This document shows, in pieces, positions 1-12,200 of a DNA stretch of 55,160 nucleotides. The stretch spans positions 1-55,160 of the forward strand of contig JYFJ02002538.1 in the NCBI GenBank assembly GCA_000934665.2. The letters run 5' to 3'. Numbering within the stretch: the first letter of the stretch is position 1; each line of letters starts with the position of its first letter. The notes beneath the pieces are model-generated. The model saw only the letters and a program-made list of their open reading frames with translations. It made no database searches and was not told where the DNA came from. The position numbers and the translations under genes are program-made. The stretch is from Catajapyx aquilonaris (lineage: Eukaryota).

Positions 1-3000
1 GCAGGAGAAGGTAACTATTAAATTGCATTTTGCATACCACTCGTACACTCACCATTTCTCCCCCCCACCACCATCCTTCCCATTTCCTTTCGCTTGCTCA
101 CGGCTGCTTGCTGGCTGATAAATTATTTTATTGCATTTGTGCATATTGCTCGTGTGTAAGTTATGATTAAGCAAGTGTCTGTGGTTGGATTTTAGTTTGT
201 AAACGATGAAGGAATCCGACTAATTTATGAGACGTTACTCTTTATGTTGTTGTTGATTTTTGTAAGTACTTTTGAAAATTGCCTTTGTACTTTAGATGCT
301 AAATTGTTGCGTCTCTCAGTTCAAAGAAATAATTTGTTTGTGATCATTAACAAGAGCTTTACAACTGGCCAGCTCTGCATCCAAATTGCGAATGGTCCAT
401 GTAATGCTGTTATTAACAAATATTATTGCATTTACCTTATATTTCTGAGTCTATCTGGGAAATATTGACATAATTAAATGATGAAACGTACAATTGTTTT
501 GCCAACGCCTCATCGTACACTTCAAACGGAAAGAGTTCTGATCACATGCTTTTTACTGCAGCTGTATGCTGGTAGGACAGGATAATTATAATAACTTTCA
601 TATTCAAACCTCTTCTTTACGCTGAAGTCTTGTTCCATTTCATTAAAAAAAAGGTGAGCAACCTGCAGCAGCAGGCTGAGGAGCAGGAAAAGAGTCTACG
701 CAGCCAGGAAGAGGAGTTCAGCAGCCGCCAGAAGGAGCTGGACGACCTGCAGCACGAAGAGAAGCAGCTGGAGGACCAGATCCAGCAGTCATGCAAGGCC
801 CTGGACAGGCTGACCAAGAACTTGCAGAACACACAGCTTCAGATCAGTCAGGTCAGTTGGCCTATTATTGTTTAGACATGCCACAGCTCATTTTTGCAGG
901 AAAGTAAATGCATGTTACACTGATCAAGTGTCAGATTACGTGATGAAATAATTAATGGGCGTGTCATACGATTAGAAAGAAAATTCTCAGCATCCAGAGG
1001 CTAAGTTGTGCTTGATTACGAGCCTGCGTTTCCATCTCCTCAGTCAAAGGCGAAGCTGAGCAACCTCCAGGAGCAGCAGCGCCAAATGAGTGATGCCATA
1101 TCCTTATACGACAGTGCAATATCGAGTGGGGATGCCTCCTCTGTAAGTGATGCCTCCCTCAGGACGGTCACGCCGGACTTCTGCGACCCAGAGTTCCTCC
1201 AATTCGGCGGCCTCACCAACGGGAACGGAAGTCCTACTGAGGTAATGAGATCGGATGCCTCTCTATTGCCTCTTCGGAGGAAATCGTTTAATTTCGATGC
1301 GTTTCAGGAGGAGACTACTCCCAAAGTGAGTCAACAGGCTGCCACTGCTGCTGATCCTTTTGCTGGGAGGGACGATGCTTTTGCGTCAGGTGAGTCCTTT
1401 AAATATCTAGACTTGATCTGTTGACACCTATGCATCTGAATGAACTGACTGATTTTTTCCCTTGCTTCCCAGACCCATTTGGCTCGACAGTATCGTCTCG
1501 CAAGGGCAGTGCTGCGGCGGATCCCTTTTCCGCCAGGGACGCATTTGAATCGGGCTTCTCTTCCACTGCTGGTCAGCCTCCAGACCGAGACGATGGGTTC
1601 TTCAAGAGTGATCCATTTGCCCCCTTTGGCGGATCAACTGCACCAAAGAACGACCCCTTTGACCCCTTCGGTCTCAGCAAGCCCCAGGCAAACCCTGCCC
1701 CCATTGTAAGTGCCGCGGCATTAGCCAGTGATGAATTGAATTGCATTTCTTGACTTTTTTTTTCAGAGTCCTGGAAAGGATCCGTTTGGTCACGATCCGT
1801 TCGCTGCCCCCTCACCTTCTGGTGGCGGCGCTCCCCCCGGCCGCCCCGAGAGCCCCTGCCCTGCCCTCCCGCCGAAGAAGAGCAAGCAGCCTCCCCCTCG
1901 CCCTGCCCCTCCCAAGGCTGCCCCTGGACGACCCGCAGTTGGACCCACCAGGGCAGCCCCTGCTCCCCCACACCCACCGCCCCCTCAGCACTCTTCAGAT
2001 CCCTTCGGAGGAGGCGGGTCCTCCTCGTTCGGAGGGGCAGGTGGATTCGCAGATTTCGCCAACTTCGACAGCAAGGTTAGCCTTAGTCGTAGCGCATGGC
2101 TTTGCCACACACCATTTTTATGATTTCCCGATTTACAAAGTTCTTTTTGCAACGTTGTGGGCCGTTTGTTGGCGATCTCGAGTCAAGTGTCGTGATGGTT
2201 GTTAGAGGCACGTAGCTGTGCAGATGATTTCAGTTGGTGACACCCCTCCCCCCCGTGCCCCGCCACTCCTCGTGTTATCCTGGTCTCTCGACAACATTGA
2301 AAAGCTTCTGAGCCGTGGCAGATTTAACATCTAGAAAATCGCTAGTAACGTCGGACTATCTTCCTGGAGGTTTTTAAGATGCGTAATTATGACAAGTATA
2401 TTTTTGCAGTAGTACTTGCTAAAGAGGCTCGCAACTTTTGAGAGTTAAGAGTGCAATTTCAACAGTTGTTAATTATTACAACTAAGGGGCAACGAGCGTC
2501 ATCCTCAGTAAGGCAAATCCAACCAGTTTGTGCTTACTATTAATTGTTGGCTGGTCTTTTGTCGACAATTAACAGCAAGCAAGGCTGCCATTTTCCACAT
2601 GCGTTTCTGGTGTGTGATCAGTCGACGGAGCTTATGGGGAAAAGTCTAAGGGAATTTTTGTGAGCAAGCAAGGCGCAACTGGCCCCATTTTTGCAGGTGG
2701 AATCGTCTTCGACTGGGATGAGGATAGCTTTGATGCGCCTTTATCTAACCCTCTTTCATAGGAATGAGAATAATGTAAGGCCCACGCCCTTCTTATGTTT
2801 TTCTCTCCGTCCACTTCTTTCAGACTCCTCAGACTCTGCCTTTTGACTTCGTTTTTTGTCTTCTTCTTTTTGATCGGCACTCATATTTCAACACTCGTTT
2901 TTTTTCTGCATACGTATTTTTTTGGCCGGCCTTCTTCAATACGACATGTCTCAAAAGTATGCAGTACAGTGGAGCAGCCATAGTTTCTCGAGTCGTAGGA

Positions 3001-4400
3001 AATGTCTATCTATGGTATTACTGAAGTGTGAAAGAATCTTTCCGCCTATTTCGTAGAATATTGTTGGTATTTTGAGTAAAATCAGCATGCAAACTGTACT
3101 GAACCTGACTCGTCATCTCTATTCACATGTGTAGTATTGAAGAGTGCCTTGTTTTTATGGCTACGGCTCAAGAGGCTTTTCTTTTTCCCCTTCCGTATTT
3201 CCACATTCCAGTCATTCCAGACTGCAATTTTTTGTGTGCACTTGTATGACATTTTTACTCAGTACTTATTTTAATTTTCACGGCTTAGTTTTTTTCGTTC
3301 CTTAGGTGTTGCCACCAGGTCGTTGTATTATAGCTGGCTGCTTCCAATTTGCATGGCCTGCCCAGCGCCGCCTGCTTCGCTCGCCATAGACGAGAGATTG
3401 CTGTCACGTTTGTGTTGCTAACTGTTTGAGAGGGAGTGTCTAACTTGGAATCTCCAAAACGCAGTGCAGTCACTGATCCTAACATTTACTTGGTTCTGTA
3501 GTAAAAGCCAGTGAATCAAGCAGTAGTTTGCGCTATGGATTCATCCCAGTCACTGAGAGGATGAACATTGTCATAATATTAGCTTTGAAAGTTCCTCTTC
3601 CAATGCAAGTTACACTTTCCCTCTAAAGTTTTTCTTCCAGGCCACGAGAGTCGGCACCTATATTAACATGCTTCTCCATTTTTTTCTCTCTTTCTTCCCT
3701 CCTGTTCCGGCCCGCCCGCCCCCCCAATTTTTATTTTGCATTACAGCCTTAATACGTTGCACAATTTGAACCCGTATCCTTTACCCAGCAATGACCTAGA
3801 GAACAACCGCCACAAAAAAAAAAGAGAAACACCCTAGTTCAATTTCAAAAAAACTCCCTTCAGTTCAGCGGCCTGGCAGATAACGCGACTCTGGACAACA
3901 GGACAAACGGCAACAACAATGACGAGTGGGGGATGACGGCCAACAACAAGCACAATAACAACAGGGTGAAGCTTGAGTTTGAGGAGGACCCATTTGTGAA
4001 CTACCGGTATGACTATCCGCTGGACCTGGTGCAGCAGAAGGATCCGAAGGCTGGGGGTGGTGGTGAGGGTGACCTCTACGACGACCCCTTTGGAGAGGTG
4101 GACGACCCCTTCGTGGGCGGGATCAAGCTGGAGGAGCATCTTCCCAAGTACAAGGTGGACGAGGTGCTTCCCAGTTACCAGCAGGAGAAGATGGAGGTGG
4201 AGAAAAAGATGGCGGCGGAGAAAAAGATGGCGGCGGGAAGGAAGGGGGGGAAGGTGGTGACCGAAGACGACCAGCTCGTCTGGGCGGCCACGGAGAGCCT
4301 GCGGCTTGAAGAGGAGAGGAAGAGTGCAGCGGCACAGGAGCAGGCCGACTTGGAGTACGCACTGGCCATCAGCAGGGCAGAGGCGGAGAAGAAGTGGTAG
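1..4400 (+). CDS. Eps15: Eps15/Eps15L1-like endocytic adaptor, 3' part (5' end outside window). Exons ..10, 654-851, 1044-1241, 1308-1389, 1473-1705, 1767-2075, 3864-4400
   Basis: Phase-compatible GT-AG exons encode a coiled coil (QQQAEEQEKSLRSQEEE...), many DPF motifs, a Pro-rich segment (PALPPKKSKQPPPRPAPP) and FADFANF. Two C-terminal UIMs follow (TEDDQLVWAATESL; QEQADLEYALAISRAE). This is the Eps15 family architecture. Confidence 0.93.
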
Positions 4401-6233
4401 CCACACACACACAGGTCCACTACCTGCAAATAAGTTGACTGCCTTTTTCCTGCGACACTCTGGCCGCCCTAATCGGGGCAGGGCTAGATTTACCTCAACG
4501 ATCTTGTTTAGCCACGGGGGGGACTTTTTATGACCTTGTTTGCCCTTGCCGCACTGGCCACGGCATGCTTGCTACAAGACTTCCCACCTGGATGACTGCT
4601 TGTACCGAAGTAATCAAACTGCCAGTTTTTCCTGCCACCTTCTTGCTAATTATTGACTCGCACCCAACCGTCACCATGGCAAGGACCTCATGCGACAACT
4701 GTTAGGGACGACTGGCTTGCAGGTCACGCTGGAGTAAGGCGGTTGTCATGAAATTGTGATTGTGACTTTTTTGAAGGCCTGGCCCCTTCAGACTGCAGGT
4801 CAAGAAAAATTAAATGGCATGTATTTATCTCCTTTATCGAGACTTTTTCCTTTATCCAATTGTTAAGTCACTGGGTTAGCAATTGTTGGGGACTTCTTTT
4901 TTTAAAAAAAAGTATCCCACCCTCACCCACTCCCCAAAAATTGACCCATCCTCCACGACCCAACCATTCAAAATAATGCCTGTTCACAGCCTTAATAAGC
5001 CCTGGAAACGAATCTCTCGTGTTTATAAAAAAAATAAATTATGTATACCTACACTAAACGATGCTGCTGTATGGGGTCTGTACTTGTACAGTAGATACGC
5101 ACTTGAATTTTAAAAAAGAAGTAAATCGATGGAAGACACTTGCTGTAACCCAGAGTGCAAAACAAGATAATCCAGATCAGAAGAGGAGTAAAGGACCTAT
5201 TTGAAACTGGCAATAAATCAGTGTTTTTGGTTGGCACATACACAAAAAGAAAAATGAGTTTTTGAACCGGACAAAAAATAATGCTTTTTTGAATAAATAA
5301 GGAGGAGAAAAAATGTATATATTTTACGCTTACTGCCAACAATACATCGGGGGCCTAGCTGACGATTTGCCATGGACAATAATTGAAATTATTGGGAGAG
5401 GAATATGCTCGCACAGCCAATATCTGGATATTAAAAAACATGTTGACCTTGCCTGCAAATTTTAAAAGAAGGTGTAATAATCGTTGTCACTAACAAAAAT
5501 GTATATCGGTGTCGTTCAAACGAATTTTTATACTTTTGTCAAAAGCGCCGGATTTTTTCCTTTGCACTTTTTTGCCACCCATTTCGGTTTGACTAACCCG
5601 GGAAATGAAGAAAAGAAAGTAAATCTGCGACTTAATTTTTAAATACCTCTCCGACTTCCGTATGCATATCATGGTTAATTGCACGGAGTAATTATTAAAA
5701 AGACACTTTTAAGTGTGACCCCCTCCCCCTTACCCTCAAAGAGAGATGTTGATGTACATTACATGTAGATAGACCTGAGTTGAAAGAAACCAAAAAATAT
5801 ATATATATATATACACCTAACGAGAAATGTGGCTTCACTATTAGCATATGGACACGTGTGTCGAATTAAAAGTCAAAAAGTGTGTACGAATGTAGTTAAC
5901 AAGGGGAAGAAAAAAATTTAATTGCATTCCAAAGGAACTTTCTGTGATTTTTTTAGTTCAGTTTCCTTTCCCTTCCCAAATATTTTTTGTTGTGGGCTGT
6001 TCTTTCGAGAAGTTTTCCGAGAAGCTTTGCTGTACCTAAGAATGCCTAGCGTTACCCACGTAATTATGAAGAAGGAAAATTGCATTCACCCCTTTACCCA
6101 CCTTCCACTTTCCTAATTGTTGTCTTATTAACTTCTCTCTTGCATATGTGTTGAGTGAATGGCATGTAAAAAAAAGGACGCATTGTTACGGCACGAGGAC
6201 TTGTGGTCCAATTTTGTGCCCTGTTGGTCTCTC

Positions 6234-6337
6234 AATAAATACAACCAAATAAATAAAAAAAAACGACGTTTAAAAAAAAGCCTTAACTGTCACATAACCT
6301 GTACATTATGGATGGGGATAAAGTGTGTGTAAATAAA
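6234..6337 (+). terminator. Cluster of AATAAA polyadenylation signals, probable distal 3' end of Eps15
   Basis: AATAAA at 6234, 6248, 6252 and 6332, about 1.8 kb after the stop and just before the convergent F-box gene. Earlier AATAAA copies lie near 5033, 5212 and 5292. Confidence 0.5.
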
Positions 6338-6376
6338 GTACTTGTTTCAATCCCAAACACAGAATATATATATTTT

Positions 6377-7999
6377 TTATGTTCTTGCAGCCGAGTGGAT
6401 CAGCACGGACTTCAAGCGGATACATTCAACATCGAACTTGTCAGTTGCGATCAGAATGTAGAGGTACCCAGTGTCGAAGGACACCCGCACCCTCCGAATA
6501 GCGTTGGTGCTTGCCTTGACCACACCCGGATAATGCAGACCAGTGGACGAGCTGTTCACTTGATACAGCAGCAGTTTTCCTGCAGCAAAGTACTTTCATT
6601 GTTAGTACCCAGGTACGATTGTTCGTGCAAACCGTACCTGACGCAGTTCCGCAGACGAGTAGTTGCCTCTTCATGCTGACGCAGAGTACGTCTTCCTCCA
6701 GGCCATGAGAAGCGTGGATGCCTAGGGGGTACTTGCGCAGTTTCTCGTCGCATTTCCCGATCAACCAGTGGCATCCGCCCTGAATGTGCCAGTACTCTGA
6801 AGGAACAACGCCGTCAGTGGACGCACACTCGATTGCTTCCGACATGTTGCACTCAGCTGTGGCCAACGTGAGCCGAAATCAAAAGGGATCACCTTATAGG
6901 CGACCTTAGGCGTAACTTACCCAGGAGGCTGCGGGAAGTTGACGTCGAGCACAACACCGCGTTTCGAAACATCCAGCATGGGTTGCCGTACATAATATCC
7001 CTGTAGGCCGGGCTCATCGACTTGCACTTATCTGTCTTGACATCCCAGACCAACACTTTTCCTTGTTCGGTCAGGATTCCTAGCTAAAAAAGGTAATAAC
7101 TTCAACTGGTTACGACCAAAATGTGGTATCGCATTCACCTGGTCACCCCATAGCTGCCACATGAAGTTGCTGTGTTTGGTGTAAACGTCCGTCTCCTTCA
7201 TGACCTCAACGGACTTGTCCGAGTAGCTCATCACTGCATAAACACTCAGCGTTGCAGTGTTCAGCGCAATTACAAACCGATTCTCGTTCACCCTGGTTAA
7301 ATGGACTCGAGTTGAGTTACTTCCCCTTTGCGACATGCATGCCACGTACTTACGCTATGAGATTTGCGTTCCTGGAGCATCCGCCCACAACCTTCACTTG
7401 GATGCTGGGTTTCAGCTCCTTCCATCTTCCGGGGTATTTACCCTGAATGCCCAGGTGATGGAATCGGATGGACGTGTCGCCTGTGCTCAGCACCAGTCCG
7501 CTGTTCATCACTGCGATCTGTGATAATTAAATCGGGTTGTGTAATTGGATCGGGGTACGCTTGCGTAAGTGGCACATACTCGGTGAACCTTCCCGTCGCC
7601 TGATTCGCTTCTGTACTCGTCCCCGGCCAGAAGAGGACATGCCACGATGACCCCATCGTTCTGTCCCATGACCACTGTGGTCTTGTGAATCTCCAGGCAT
7701 GACACGTTCCCAGGGGTCTGCTTCCGGAGCACCTTTACAATAGTCCCCTTGTTCTTGACCTTTGACCCCAGCCACAATGCATACAACGTGGCAAAAGGAG
7801 GATCATCATCTCCTATTTCCTCCGCCAGTTCCTTAACGAGCGACCTTGGAATGTGACGCCTGTATCGCTGGTACAGGAAGCGGTCCGCTATTTGACACCA
7901 CATTTTGCACACCATGCGGCAGACCAACAGGTCACGACCTGACATGTAGCGCAGGAGTGCGTCATTCAGCTCTGCTGGAAAGCCTAATGGCAGAGCCAT
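6377..7999 (-). CDS. F-box protein with divergent WD40-like repeats, about 440 aa. Exons 7999-7580, 7517-7354, 7292-7139, 7083-6921, 6856-6638, 6579-6377
   Basis: N-terminal F-box (FPAELNDALLRYMSGRDLLVCRMVCKMWCQIA). Five 55-64 nt GT-AG introns join to a 1323-nt open frame. WD-like strands include VSCLEIHKTTVVMGQNDGVI, QGKVLVWDVKT and LLVCGTASGKLLLYQV. Confidence 0.85.
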
Positions 8000-9229
8000 C
8001 TTTTATTTCCTGTAGAGAAAGAACATTTTAGTCTATTAAAATTTCATGTAAGAGCGGGGTACGGACCACAATAATTTTGCTTGAGACGGTACATATGAAA
8101 ATGTACGTTTGTTATTGAAACATTGATTAACTCTCTAGCAACTGAGCAAGAAAAAAAGTATGTTCATACTCATCCAAATGTAGAAGAGTTTGTTCATACC
8201 GTAAGCGCTTACAATTGGCACACTTGCTATACAACAGTAACTTGCTGTGCCAAAAAACAAAGCAAGAAAAAGAGTGCGACGTCAACATGTTTTGGCACGC
8301 AAGGAATTTATCCTTTGTTGATTTCCTTTCTTCGACATCACCATGCACAATTACTGCTGGAACAATGCGATGGCAACTGAATCGAGCGCTAATGAATATT
8401 TCTCCCTGGAATTTGGATATGACGAAGCGCCACAAATATTTGGCATTGTCTCCTTGCTTCTCGGAAGTGATTGCTTCTCAGGGTACATTCACACCGTTAA
8501 TGATAAATCAGAATCTTAAAACAAATATGTAATTAGGAGCCTCAACATAATTGCATCTCATGCAAGCTGTCAAATGTTATGTTCAGAACCGATCAAATTT
8601 ATTTCTACGTCATAATTATCAATCGTTCAATTCAAACCGCAGAATTGAACTTACACATCCTCGCTTCTGACATCCATTATTTCACAGGTTACATACCTAA
8701 TTAACTTCTCCAGTCAAATGTCTTTATGCAGCCAATAAGTATGGGTAACCACAAGTCAACCACCTCTTTCAAGAGATGGACGCACAAATTGAAACAACCG
8801 AGTCAATGACAGTCCGTGGCTTACCGAACGAGCCACTAATTCTTCCGTATGTTACGTCTTCCTCCCAACAGCAGACAGACGCAATGGAAGTTGAAACATA
8901 ATAGACACGAATAGCTGCCGCTCCACTCTCACCATCTAGTGGCTGGCCTATCCAGCTGGGTGGACCAATGCCATCTTTTGCCAAATGCACCAAGGACACA
9001 CACATATTTCGCACACACATATTTCACACACACAAGTTTCATTCAATCTCTTTAAATTAGAAAACGACATGCATATTTCGCCCACACTTCAAATTCAACA
9101 CGGCAGACGTTGAAGTTTCAAGAAAAAAAAAATTCTACCTACATGTCTCTTCAAAAGACTGCCCGAGAGAAAAAAAACAAAAAACAATAGTAATTACAAG
9201 AACGTCTAATTAAAAACAATTGGCCTGGA

Positions 9230-12200
9230 TCATTCTAACGTGATGATCTCAACCTCGTCAGGCATTTTTGGCTTGGGAGCCTGCTTTTCACTTGCGGGCT
9301 TTGGGGTGATGGTGATGGACGACGGGATCCCCACTGGGAGTGGCGACTTGTAGAACACATTGGGCTCCAGTTCCGGCAAGGGCTGCGCAAACACCTCGCA
9401 GTTCTCCGATGTCGGGAGAGGACGCGGCGCTACCGGCGGCCTCTGGGTTTTAATCACTGTGATCTCATTGTTCAGCGATAACTGCCCACCTTTGCTGTAC
9501 GATGGCAGTGATGGAGTGAAACGACTGACTGGAAGAGACATGCCCTTTCCGCCTCTGTGGGATGGCGTTATGGTCACCTGAGCCTGGGGAGCCGCTTGAC
9601 GTGGCATGGGCATCACAGGTTTCGGCTTCGGGATCGTGGAGCTCTCGATTTTCATGCCCGGATTGTTGACGGACATCATCCTGGATCGAACTGGCAAGGG
9701 CGTAATCGACACTTCAGGTCCCACTTGATCCAAAGAGGCCATTGGACGCGGTCGCTTCGGCAGGAGGGGATAAGGGAGGCCGAGGATGCTAGGAGGCGAT
9801 TCCATCTTGTTGATTAAACCCTTCGTAGACGGGGTCTTGTCCAGGGGAGGCTTAACTACGACGGGAGGTTTCACTATGGCGGGAGCGCTGCTTACTTTGC
9901 TCCTTTCCCCAGAAGCAGCCACTTTAATTAAACCAGAAGCAAACTTGTCACTTGAACGAGGTGCTGCTTTGATGCCGCTGCTGAGAGTCATCTTGTCACT
10001 CGAAACTGAGGCTACCTTCGCTGACGCACTGGTCGATGGCTTATTCATGCTGGTAGCTATCATGATTCCGCTGGCAGCTGAATTAGGAGCTGGTTTCACC
10101 ACACTGGTAGGCATGTGTTCGGTACTGGAAGCCACTTTCGAAACAGCGGTGCTTGATTTGACCCCAACGGTGGGCATTTGCTCAGTAGAAGTCATTTTCA
10201 CTCCGCTGGTGCCCACTTTGACCAGTCCGGTGCTGGAAGCTAAAGGCATCTTAACTCCGGATATCCCGCTGGCTGCTTTGTCAACTTTGGCCGTTTTGTC
10301 AACACTGGAACTCAACATGGATGACTGCACGTTCAGCCTGTTGAGAGTGGCCATGCTGGCTGCCATGTTGGCAGTGCTTTGGCTGGCCATAAGCTGCTGC
10401 ATCTGAAGCATCAGGGCAAGCTCCGGCATTCGTGTGAGGTTGCTCTGCATGGCTGCCAGGTACTCTGGTGTGAAAGGCGGCATCATGCCCGCACCCAATT
10501 GGCCCGGCTTGCCAAGCACGGGAAAGCCAAACTGCGCCAGCTTGCTTATGTTGGGCGGCCTTCCACGCGGGCGTCCTGTCTGGCCTCGTCCACCCCTCCG
10601 GTACACCACACTGCTCTGAGAAGGCGGGTTGAGGCCTGCTGATACTCCAAGAGATGTGGGGACAACGGGCACTGGAGGCGTCCGGAGAAGTGCATTCTGC
10701 TGCTGGCAGTACCGCACCACCTGGTCCATAGTGACGGTTGCACCTGCAGGCAAGTCTTTTGATCTGTGGTCCCTGTACGCCTCCTCCAGTACTGTCGCTA
10801 CGACTCCCTCTTTGGTTGGCAGGTGCTTCTGTATGCGGCGGTAGGTCCAATAGATGTCAAGCAGGGTGGAGGGACGCTTTGGATTCTCCGACTTGGCTTC
10901 TCGCACTCTCGCCCTCAGGCTGGCAACACACAGAGTGAACGCCTGTTGGGCTAGCTGCTCACGCTCCGTGTCCCGCAGGTATTTCCTGATAAGATACGGA
11001 AATGCGTTAGTTCCGGGATCAAAAGATTTGTGCATGCTAGTAGCGTCTTTAAAAAAAATTATTTTACTTTGTCTCTAAAAAGATTAATATCCATTATGAA
11101 AGTAAATGGTGCTTCATGACCTGGCAGCCCGTGCAACACCACATACTCTCAGCTACTATTCCGCATAATTAAGTCATTCTGCAACTGCCAGGAAATTTGA
11201 CACAAAACATGATTACACTGGATGTTAAGGCAAATGTTTACGAACTTCTCGGCATCAGGGACCTTCTTGAGCTGCAGCGCAAGTTCTAACAGGAGTCGGT
11301 GGTCCTTGTCCTCCTTCAGAAGATCCATTAGTAGCGACACGCAACGGGACATGTGTGACGCAAAGCTTCCCGGGCGATCAATCTCGTTCACTGGAATGCG
11401 CCACACACCCTGTTGCGAACAAAATACAATGCTGTTTATCATTCGCATCGGAGTAATAATTTGCTGATCAGCCTCATACACTCTTTGAATTCCTGTATTG
11501 CGAATTATGAGCACACCTCAGATATTATATGCATAAAATTCTGAAGTAATGAAATGCGACAACACTCACATTAAAGAAGTTACTGCTCCTTCTCTCGGCA
11601 AAGAGGCCTGATATGGGGAGTGTTTTGGGCACACCAGTTGTCAGAAGAGGTGCGCCAAGTAGTCGTGCTCGGCATTCGTTTATGTCGCGATTCTTCTTGG
11701 AGTGGAAGTAGTAGTGGGCCAGCCTGTAGTGAGACTTGTAATGCTGCGGGAACCTTTGGAGGCAAACTCTAAGGGCGTCTAGGCACTGCCGCACAAGAGC
11801 TGAGTGGCACGATTCATGATCTCCCTCCTCCACAGCTTCGTCCTTATTGTCAGTGCCAGAGTCGGAAGAGTCAGAATCAGAATTGGAACTGTCAGTCGAA
11901 GTGCCAGCAGAGGAATCGTAGCTTCCTGATGATTCACTGGAGCTGGCCGCACTTGAGCTGGCCGCACTCGTGGATGAGGCAGCGGAGTCGCGACGGTCGT
12001 CAATCGACTTGGGTTGATCGACTGGTGGTAAGGGAGGGGTCGAAGCCTCAGGTGCACTGGTGGCAGCAGCCTGCTCCGATTTTTGCCCCGCAGCCAACAT
12101 GACCTCCTCGCCTCTCATCAGCTCTGTGGTGATGGACTCCTGAGACTGGATGCATTGCCCAGCGCCATCCACGGTCTCAACCACACGTCCTATGAGATCA

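Noticed and set aside
9360..11078. Plus-strand and alternative-frame ORFs (e.g. 9786-10406)
   Set aside because: Antisense or frame shadows of the long Cabin1 terminal exon.
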